Source of the DNA: Utricularia gibba
Lineage: Eukaryota; Plantae; Magnoliophyta
DNA: 64,000 nt
Direction of reading: 5' to 3'
Assembly (NCBI GenBank): GCA_002189035.1
Contig: NEEC01000004.1
Coordinates: forward strand, 2,542,001 to 2,606,000
The number at the start of each line of letters is the position of its first letter. Positions within the stretch are counted from its first letter, which is position 1. Made by a program: the position numbers and the translations under genes. Shown piece after piece: positions 12,991 through 22,939 of the stretch. Below the pieces are notes generated by a model, which saw only the letters and a list, made by a program, of their open reading frames with translations, had not been told where the DNA came from and ran no database searches.

Positions 12991-14344
12991 CGCAAAATGC
13001 CGTCTGGAAATTGAATCGGGAAGTTATTATAAACCGCTTCGCTATGAATCTCCTCTCGATTCCCAAATCAAACACCGACCGTCGTCGGAGTAACGACGGT
13101 GCTGCTGGATAGCCGCAGCAAGGGTTTGGTTTTTGGAATAACCGGTAAGGTGGGTGTTCTACGCAAATGACACAAAAGCCCCTATAATCGACAAGGCCTT
13201 ATTTTAAGTGGTCCTTTCTATATAACTCAACCCATATAATGACTAAGTGACCTGGTTGGTTACAACTAAGGGGTTCACGGTCCTGGATATATGGATATGA
13301 ATACGAGTATTCGCGAAAGTTAAATGTAGAGTACATATGGTGTTATGTGGAAATTTAATGGCTCAATCAAGTAATATGGACACTACATATAAAGGCTTAT
13401 CTGAAAACAATTTAACTATAACAAGTGTTGAAACCAATTCACTAGTTCTTAATCCCACCTCCTATGCATCTATAACTCAAACAAGGTATAAAAAAGATTA
13501 GATGTTCTGAAACCTTAATTGTTTCATACATATTTGTTTAGGATTTTATGTTATCAGTAAATTTAGAAATTAAAGTATGATTTTGTGTAATTTGAGAATT
13601 ATTAGATGAGTTTAAGTCTGTTTTTCATAAAAAGTTAAGGTCAAATGTTGATGTTGATTATTTTTTTATAAAAAAATGTTGATATTGATCAAATGTAATT
13701 TCAATTGGAAAATCACGATAACACAATGTTCGAGCCAAGGGGTAAAAAAAAGAGTCTAGGATTATGAACAAGTAAAAGGGTTGGATCTATCTTTTTCAAG
13801 CAAAACGCGGAACAAAAAAAAAGGGAGGACACAACAATGAAGGACAACTCAAACCGCACCTAATCTACTAGACCATCTTAGATACAAAGCAAAACCTAGA
13901 TGACCCACCCATAAGGAAGGAAGAAAGTATCTAAAGAGGAAGAAGAGAGAATTGAAAGCAACTACTAACCATATTTTTGAACACACAGAATGAGAAAAAA
14001 AGGAAGGGGATTATTACTGGAGAATTAAATTAATTTTTTTCAGCTTAAGTTGGATTAGTTACGGAAAAGAAGGTGCATCCGAAATTACACCAACCAATAG
14101 AGTTACAAAAAACATGGATCAGGCGATGCGAATCCTTGGGATCATTAAGAGTTCGTCAAATTAACGCCTACCGATGAGTTGGAGATTAGTGCGGACAAAT
14201 TTCATCACTTGGGTTCGCCCGGTAAACCTGTTTCATCTGCAGCCTTCACTCCTTTTTCCTGGCGCAAGCCATCTGTTTGGCGGTGAGTAAACTGTAAACT
14301 CTTTCCACAAGGGGGTTATGCTTGTATTCAGCTGAAAATTGAGC

Positions 14345-15307
14345 ATGATAAGGAACGCGATTGGGGGGGTGAAGGATCAAGCATCAATTTGGAATGCAAA
14401 GATATGTAGCAAGTTGGAGCGGGGGCTAGAAATCAAAGTACTGAAAGCGACCAGCCATGAAGATACCCCCGCCCCAGAGAAATACTTGAGGGATATTCTC
14501 CGGATAACGTCACATTCCCATGACAATGTGACAACTTGTGTATCCTTGATATCCAAGAGGTTGAGGAAAACCCGTGACTGGATTGTGTCCCTCAAGTGTT
14601 TGATGCTCCTTCACCGGCTACTCAATGAGGGAGGTCACGTTCTCCGAGTGGAGATTCTATTTGCTTTTGGAAATGGAACCATGCCGCCGCTGAAATCTTC
14701 TGATGAAGCTCAGTCCAGCTCTTGGGACCATTCTACGTTTATCAAGACCTATGCAATGTACTTGCAAGAGAAGCTTGCATTCGCGGAAATAGAGCTTCGT
14801 AGGAATAATCGCAACTGCGGTGATGTGGGTGCCAAGTCAATGCAGGAGAATGCATCCATTTTGAAAAAGATGGAACATCTGCAAAGGCTTTTGGATAAGC
14901 TCTTGATATGTCGCCCTGCAGGATATGCAAAGAGCGAGCACATGATTTTGGTGGCAGTGTACACTATACTGAAGGAGAGCTTTCTTCTTTACACCGAAAC
15001 CAGGGCAACGCTGGGCCTTATCCTCGACAGGTTTTCTGATATGGACCATGTGTGCTGTGCTTTCGGCATTGAGTTGTATGTAATTGCTGAGAAACAGATG
15101 GAGGAGCTGGTTACGTTCCACAACTGGTGCAAGGATTTGGGTGTGGGCAGGTCTTGGGAGTATCCCAACGTAGAAAAGGTTGACAGAAATGCAATAACAA
15201 GGCTGCAACTCTTTCTCAAGGGTCGAGAGGTTAAGAGCAGCGAAGTTGAGGAGGAGGGAGATTTGGTTGAATTGAGGGAGGGGGAAGGTGCCCAATTGCA
15301 TTGTTAA
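14345..15307 (+). CDS. ANTH-domain putative clathrin assembly protein, intronless, 320 aa, lacking the long C-terminal tail
   Basis: First ATG at 14345 (the track start at 14339 is TTG). Motifs IRNAIGGVKDQASI, KVLKATSHED, RLRKTRDWIVSLKCLMLLHRLLNEG, SWDHSTFIKTYAMYL, LQRLLDKLLICRPAG and WCKDLGVGRSWEYP match the plant AP180/ANTH fold. Confidence 0.85.
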   Translation: MIRNAIGGVKDQASIWNAKICSKLERGLEIKVLKATSHEDTPAPEKYLRDILRITSHSHDNVTTCVSLISKRLRKTRDWIVSLKCLMLLHRLLNEGGHVLRVEILFAFGNGTMPPLKSSDEAQSSSWDHSTFIKTYAMYLQEKLAFAEIELRRNNRNCGDVGAKSMQENASILKKMEHLQRLLDKLLICRPAGYAKSEHMILVAVYTILKESFLLYTETRATLGLILDRFSDMDHVCCAFGIELYVIAEKQMEELVTFHNWCKDLGVGRSWEYPNVEKVDRNAITRLQLFLKGREVKSSEVEEEGDLVELREGEGAQLHC

Positions 15308-16506
15308 GGGAGATGTAGAAAACTAGAGCAAATAAAGTAGGCTGATGGGGAAGATGTGGAATGACCACCAAATGCAAAAAAACTCTGGCCTTTTTTTTTC
15401 AACATCGGAGATGATTGCGTTTTTAAAAGATACCAATCATGGGTGATTGCATTGAATCACCCATGATTGATATCTTTTTGATGTTTTCCAACTTACCTTT
15501 TGTCCGATATTGGAACAGTATTACATGCAAGATCATATTTTCTCCTCTCTGAATACCAGCCTCAATTTAAAACAGTCAGCCCAAGAGTTTTCTCTGACTG
15601 AGCACAGCTCCAGAAATGAGCATAAGTAAACAAACCGACTCCAAAACGCCCTCTGTCTCAAATCATGATTCATGAACCACTTGGGTGAAAACCGGTTGGT
15701 TTCTTGATTCATGCATGAGCCTTTTGGGTTCTCGTAGATACATGTAGGAGCCTAGTGTATAAATACTACTCTGATGTTTTGATCCCACTCACTCTACATA
15801 TACCTCTTCCTTGTGCTGCTTTTATCCGAAGCAAAAAATATCCCTTTCTGCCATGGATAAACACTGCTGCACGGGATGCGCCGGAATCGACCAGAACTAT
15901 AGTTGTCGCAACCATTTGTTTGCCCACCACAGCAGCACCGTCCCTCCTGCCGCAACTGTGAAGAAGGAAGAGAAAGCTTCTGGTACAGTGGCTCTAGCGA
16001 CCGTGGCACCTGTTGCTGTTAAGCAGGAGGAGAGGGCGACAGTGAAGGCAAGCCCCTTCTAGATGGATCATATGTACCCAAAGAGTAATGGCCATTGTAG
16101 AGAGGTTCCCTCTCAATGATCTAATTCTAAATAAATGGGTCCTTCCCGTTGTTTGGCGGTTTTCATGAAACGCAATAGCTAAACTTTTTAACTGATTGTT
16201 TAAAAAAAACTGAATGGCTAAAAATGTTGAATACACTAATGTACCCATAAACAGCAAAAAGGTATCTTCAGTATGGGTACCTCTGTCATGTCATCTTATG
16301 CTGAGTGGGGATTCTCAGATTACTTACTTCGAAGCCCAGTATGCACAAGCTATTTTTCTGTGATAACCACAGGATGTATCTATGAGGTATGGCTCTTCCC
16401 CATGTGGATGAGCCACTGATCTCGCCCTTGGCAAGATGTTATGATCACAAGTGGCACCGATCATACCTCCACTTCAGGGGTTCTCAACACCTCTTCAGAA
16501 GAAAAA

Positions 16507-18719
16507 TCAATGGACAGCCTCAGATTTATGTGGTAAGGGGTTCAACTGCAGTCCCCTGTCTTTATATTTAAACAAAATATCTTGAGCTTCTTGATTTCTC
16601 TGAGCCTTGATAAACGAACCTATGAAATGACATGTTCGCACATCAGGCTTGCACCCATTAGCCTCCATAGAATAAAGCAACCGTAAAGCTTCAGCAAGCT
16701 TCCCAGATTCACAAAATGCGTTAATAAATGCAATATATGTGAAGTTATCTGGGCAAATTCCCATTGTTATCATGCATCTGAGAAGCCTCTGTGCCTCTGC
16801 AATCTTATGAACTTTGCAGTACATCTGTATTAGGGCATTGAAGGTGAAGACATCAGGCCTTATTCCATCAACTTGCATTTTTCTGAAGAGTTTAACTGCC
16901 TCAGAAACCTTCCTAGAAATGCATAATGCGCGGATCAAGGTATTATATATAACAGCATTCGGAGGTATTTCCCATGAAATCATTTCCAGAAAGCAGTCAA
17001 AAGCATCAGCAATCTGGTTTACTTGGGAAAGGACATCAATTATTGAACTGAAGGTGAACACATCTGGTTTAAAACCATGTTCTAATAGCATTAATAACAT
17101 CTCTCGCGCCTTAGTTGCATCCCTACAGTTGCAGTATCCCGAAATAAGGGTGTTAAAAGTCACAAGACTGGGCAAAAAATGACTTCCAGACATCATTTCT
17201 AAAGTTTTCATTGCTCTGTTCATCATTTTAGCTTTGCAGAAGCAATCAATCACCATGTTGTACGAGAACACACTTGCAATAAGCCCTTCCTTGAGAACCC
17301 AACTGAAATATAGATTTCCCTTTTCTTCTCTCCCTTCTCTGTACAAATTCTCAATAAGTGCTAGACGAGTACTCAAATTCAAATCTGCACCATGGCTAAT
17401 AAAAAATTCAAATATTTCACATTTTTCCTCCATATCTGACGCTTTCAGTAAGCATGTTATCACCATGTTAGATACTGAACTGTTAGGAACATACCCTAAG
17501 TTAAATGATGCCCTCAGAAACTTGATCAGGTGATCTGATGAAGAGTTGCAGCAAAGGCTATAAACAATGCTGTCATAGACTACTTTAGGAAGATTCTGCT
17601 CTTTATTCACCCATCCAAACAAGGACTCAAAGGCTTCACTGGAAGGCAGAGAATGAAAAACTCCATTGATTAATGATCGATACGTCGCATCATTTGGCCT
17701 TGCATCCCTTGCCTTCATTGTTTCCAGAATCCTGAAGGCTTCATCCACTCTCTTGGCACGGCAGTATCCATCTATCATAATGGTATAAGTGAAGACGTTA
17801 GGTGAGTAACCCAACCTTCCATTTGTTTGACAAGACGAGGAGCCTCATCAAGTACACTAGCCTTCAACACCCCATGAATCAAGATGTTGTATGTAAACCT
17901 ATCTCTGGCACAATTATCCACCTCCATTTGCTGAAACTTGAGGTAAGCCAAATCCAGTGAATTCGATTTTACAAGCCCATCTATCACGGCGTTGTAGAGT
18001 CTTGTGCTAGGTAGAATTCCCAAATAAGAAATTTGATCAAAAACTTCCGAACAATACTTAGCCAATCCCAGCCTTCCCCAACTACCTATCAAAATGCAGA
18101 GCAAGTCTTCGTTAAATCCGTATCCTGAACACCTGATATCTCTTACCAAGTCAGTAGACAACAAAACAGGCCCTTTCCTGAAAAGGACATCACTAAAAAC
18201 CCTTCTAATCGACTGATCCTTACAGAGTGACTCACTTACATTAAAAAGCCAAATGTAAAATCGTAAAACGGCTAACGCGTCCTCCTGCTTCTGCAAAATG
18301 CTAATCACAACTTGGGAATTCAAGCTGTGAACCCAAGACTTGAACTCATGGTTCAGCAGCAAATACCAATCTTTTTTTGACAGAATCTCGGTAATGCAAT
18401 GGTGGTCAATCGATTTTGACACAAACTTTTGCTGGGGAACAGAAAATCCTGCCTCACGCGTCGAAATTGATCCAAATTTCGAGCTTTTATTTTCAAGATT
18501 ACCTTTTGAAGCCCCAATACGATTCGGAAGAAGTTTTTCAGTGGATTTCGCCTTCAATAACCTCGAAATTTTCGGTCGCCTAGAACTCTGATCTATTCTC
18601 TGGAATTCAAATACCGTCTTTGAAGCCAAAGGTGAGAGCTTTCTCATGGGAGAAGGAAATACAGAGAAGAGTTCGCTGGCGCGCTGTCCGTGTTGGAAAG
18701 AGTCAGTCGAGCTTGGCAT
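16507..18719 (-). CDS. PPR40: P-class pentatricopeptide repeat protein, PPR40/At3g16890-like, intronless, with one apparent 1-nt deletion at about 17813
   Basis: Recognised from FRKGPVLLS...LIGSWGRLGLAKYCSEVFDQISYLG.LPSTRLYNAVIDGLVKSNSLDLAYLKFQQM and tandem 35-aa PPR repeats (PNVFTYTIMIDGYC, SVFSYNMVIDCFCK, PDVFTFNALIQMYCK). In-frame ATGs lie at 18719 and 18647 (MRKL, the more likely start). Confidence 0.9.
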
Positions 18720-21199
18720 CCATCTCACTCTGGAGAAGACATGAGGATGAACGCTGGAAACTGAAAGGTAACGCAGGCAGATGATAGTTGTATAATTGTC
18801 GCGTTTTATTTCGTTAGAAACTTTGATGAGTCATGTGCGAGTCACGTGATTGTGTAGTTTAAATACGTATTACACATAAACAAAGACGGTTGACAATCGT
18901 TCCATTGTTTGAATTCATGATGCACATTTGGTTAAGCGGAAATCCTTTTCATACATCTCTAATTGATACAATTAATGATAAATGATAGATATCAGTAAAG
19001 AATTATGCGCCCATTCATGAATTGATAGTTTCCATCAATCAATTTGTTCGATTTGCAGTCAATATAAAACTATAACCATGATCATGTATTACTTGGATGC
19101 TTTCATATTTGTTGGTTAATACTGTTAAGTACAGTATTTAAAAAATTATAATTGATCATTTGGAAGCACGAATCATTTATAATAAAATAAATATCAGATT
19201 CAATCACAGTTTGATGTTTTCCTAGGCATTTAAAACATTGGTTAAGTTTGATTGAAGGTTCTATCGTTCCATTGTTTCTATATAACGCACATGTCACCTT
19301 AACCGGTGATCAGGTCGAACGAACCTTGAAAGGAATTATTGCCATTGCAACCAATTATGCACACCTCACCACTCACAATTGAATATAAAATGTTTCTTAG
19401 TCTATTAATTAACTAACTATGCATCACATAGAGCACTATTTTGATGAAAAAAAACATCTAATCTGTAAAACTCAAATAATGTTCATATCAAAGTCGCTAT
19501 AAATTTCATAGAATAACAAATGGTGTTCTTTGGATGGAATCGCATTGGATTGAAACAGAAGAAACAGTGAGGAAGAAGCCTGGGGTTTCTGCGTATGTTT
19601 TTCTAGGTATTGTTTCTGTAAAACCCAAGGAAGATTGTATAAATTCACCGGTCATTGGATCTCCCCCTCCTTGGGATCCCGAGTGCACAAGGGAACTCCG
19701 ATATGGAATAAAGTCTGCTGCACCACCTGATACCTGTACCAGGAATCAAGGGATGATGCTGGTCCACTACTTGGACACTGTTTGGCCCATAGGGCTTCCT
19801 TGATCAGGTGTCGGATGTTCTTGTGACGCGTCGAGTTGCTTAATGTCCTACTTGGAGGCCATGTGTCTTTTTGCAGGCCCATAACATTGAACGCTGTCAG
19901 GCTCTCTCAGTTTGTGCGCACGGGCATGGTCAATGAGATAGGGGATAACTTATTTTAAAGTCCATGTGTGAGATAAAAAAAAATCTTGTTATTTCCGTCA
20001 TGAATGAATCAGAATAATGTTTGGAAAGCAAAGGTATTCTAGCAAGTTAGAATTTCGAAATAAACTTGGTGAAATCCTGAAATCGCCCAATCAGGAACAT
20101 ACTCCCAACAAGTATAAAACAATGAAGGCAATGCAAGAGCAGTGAGGCCTAGTTCCCCACGTTAAGGTGGCCACCGAGAATTCAACTTGATGAAGAGCTA
20201 AATCATTTCAGTGGCCTCTGCTAACACTAATCACAGAGATAGATATTCCTCCCAAAACCTTGTTTGAGTTGGGACTATCTATAACCTTAAGGAAGATCTG
20301 TCAATGCTCCCTCTAATCAAATGGATGCAGCTTTAGCAAGAGGGGCATAGCTTGTTAGAAATTCTGAGGGTATTTTGCATAGGGGAGTACCTCTAATGTT
20401 AGAAAGTATCATGCATCATCCAATAGAGTACTACAGGGAAGTACCTCTAACACGCTAAAGGGGAGTATATCTAACACGCTAATGGATGGAAAATTCTATA
20501 GATATGCAAAGTTTAAAGGTTATTTTCATTAAAATTAATTTGTAAACTGAAAAAAATAAACTATATTTTATTTACAAAGAAATTAATGTAGCAATAGTAA
20601 ATTTAAATTAATCACACATAGAGCAAACAATTTTCAGTTGTTGGTTTTATGTGTGAATTAGATTAAATGGGAGTTTTCTGAAAGTAGATTTTTATGCTAA
20701 ATTAAATCGATAAAAGACTTCTAATGGTTTTTAAAACTAATAGTAGATAACGAAGTACGTAAATTAGATGATAAAAGTATTTGAACACGTTGAAAATTGA
20801 AAACACTAAACGAAAATAATGTGCATGCTCACAAAATATGATGCGAGAAACAAGATTTGTGAGAAAAGTAAAATATTTGTTCGATTCTCCACTTATATGT
20901 TTTTCCTATCTTCTTCTTCTCAAAATGCAGGTTACTAGGTATTCTTGTATTTCATTCAAGTTTCATTGCACTTCTAACATCGGAGATTAGTTCCACTGTC
21001 ATGTCGGAATGCTCTCCTTCATCTTCTCTTCCACTCGAATTGCAAGAATGCTCTCTCTAGAGAAAAATCTCTCTGCAACATAAGAATTCTCTGGACAAAA
21101 AAGTCTCCAAAGCAGCCAACTTGTTTGATTGTTCTGGTATTTCAAATATTTTATAGAGAAAGGAATTATATAGGAAGTAGATCTTTTCCTACCCACAAG

Positions 21200-21508
21200 C
21201 ATGGGGGCAATGCATGATGTGTTTCACATCTCGCAACTAAGAAGGTAAATCCCCTCGTCAGATATGGAGATCAAGACAAATGGCTTCGTGCTAAGGGAGA
21301 ATTTGACGTACCAGAACAAGCCTCTAAGGATATTGGATTGAAAGGTCATTATGGTAAATAGGAAACCGGTATGGTGGGTAAAGGTACAATGGATGGGATG
21401 CGGCATAGAGGAGTCCACATGGGAGAAGAAGATCGTCATGCAGGCAGAGTTCTCGACGATCACGGATGGTTAAGTTTCAGAGATGAAACTTCTTTAAGTG
21501 GGGGAGTT
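21200..21508 (+). mobile_element. Chromovirus (Tekay/Del-like Ty3/gypsy) integrase C-terminus and chromodomain with PPT
   Basis: Reads HDVFHISQLRR*...LRENLTYQNKPLRILD*K...VKVQW...IEESTWE, followed by TTTAAGTGGGGGAG (PPT) and then TGTAAC at 21509. Confidence 0.8.
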
Positions 21509-22930
21509 TGTAACGATCTCGGAACAAGGTACTAACACTATCCTCAACCTTGCTTGATTTATGTGCATTTGGGATGGAATGGGAGTATTGGATCGAGAGA
21601 TGCTCGAGACAAGTCTAAGGGTGCGTTTGGTTGTTAGGTTTAGGTGGGTTGCGGCGTGGGTTTAGACATAAACCCACGTTTGGTTCATGGGTTTTAGGCA
21701 TGTAAAAATAAACCCGTCTATTGACTATATATCGGGCGGGAACCCGTCGAGCTGGGTTTAGCTAAACCCATGGGAGGAGGTCAGTTTAGCTAAACAAGGC
21801 TTGTTGCTTCCAATGTTACCCTCGCATCATCCAACTTTGAACGCAGATCTACAAACTAGAAGCTTTGTTCGTGAATTACCGGTGGCATCGCATGTAGTTT
21901 GGGCGCAAAGGGTGGGTCTTCCAGTAAGTGTAGTTTGTCCACGGCAACACTGCATAATGTGTTTTTATCTGTGATTTTCCAATTTCAGAATCAGTGTTGC
22001 TGTGTGTGTGGATTTATTTTGCTCGATTTTTGCGACTGTTGAGGGGCCATGGATTTTTCCACAGCCTAGGCTATGCTACACACACCGCAACACCGCATGC
22101 TGCCTAATGCAATGCTCTGTTTTCCAAAAAGAAATGAGATAAAATACTGCAGTTATCCAGCTACATGTAACACTGCACTTGTTCGTACGTAGTGCTTCCC
22201 CATAGGATGTCGTAACACTGTCTACCTTACGTAGTGTTCATACCAGTTACATGTAGTTATTATCGGGGAAGACTATATTGGTAATTTCATATGAAAATTA
22301 ATCACAAACCCAAATTTTTTACCCACGTACTAAACGTGTATTCATCTTAAACCCTAATAACTTAAACTCATCAACCAAACACGAATTACACCCTCTAAAC
22401 CTATAAAATCGGGTTATCTAAACACAAATAAACTAAACTTGGGTTTAGGTCAAACCCAGCAACCAAACACGTCCTAAGGGAAGCCAATTGTGTTGAAAAG
22501 AGGCTATCAAATTGGCAAGCAAGCCTAGCATGGGATGTGCATGAATAGCATGACATGACTGGCGAGACAGCAAGGGGAACAGCATGTGCAGTGTGTAGAG
22601 GCTAGGAGACAGTATCGCATGTATAGAGGCTAGCGGCACGAGACATGGCGCACATATAGGTTAGCGGGCGAGTAGGGATGCATTAGTCACGTAGAGGATA
22701 GTAGACGCAGAGGTTAGCATGCATAGATGCATAGAGAATGATGTGCATAGAGGCTAGCACGTGCGTGTGACGATCTGCTAGGACACCCTTGTCGAGCGGG
22801 CCATCACCACACGTGTGCGGGTAGCGTGATTGCGCAGCACACTCCGCCTGTTCGGGCATCTCGTGCTCTGCATCCTGCACGCATGCTTGACACTGCCTCG
22901 CCCGTGTGCGGTGTTCCATCTCGCCAGATA
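21509..22930 (+). mobile_element. 3' LTR of the chromovirus fragment, interrupted by a MITE (right end approximate)
   Basis: Starts TGTAACG directly after the PPT. GC-richer sequence resumes after the MITE TSD. The right boundary is not securely defined. Confidence 0.5.
21619..22474. mobile_element. Tourist-like (PIF/Harbinger) MITE, 856 bp
   Basis: Left TIR GGGTGCGTTTGGTTG and right TIR (reverse complement) GGACGTGTTTGGTTG match at 12/15. TAA flanks both ends (21616-21618 and 22475-22477). Confidence 0.85.
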
Positions 22931-22939
22931 CACAACTTA

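Noticed and set aside
18700-18745. Two tiny upstream ORFs (MSSPE*, MDAKLD*) before PPR40
   Set aside because: They are 5-6 codons long, the TSS is unknown and there is no conservation evidence. ORFs this short are expected by chance.
19500-20500. Possible gag/zinc-knuckle remnant (VQCYG...) and short GGAGTACCTCTAA repeats
   Set aside because: Too degenerate to assign a family or boundaries. Probably old retroelement debris.
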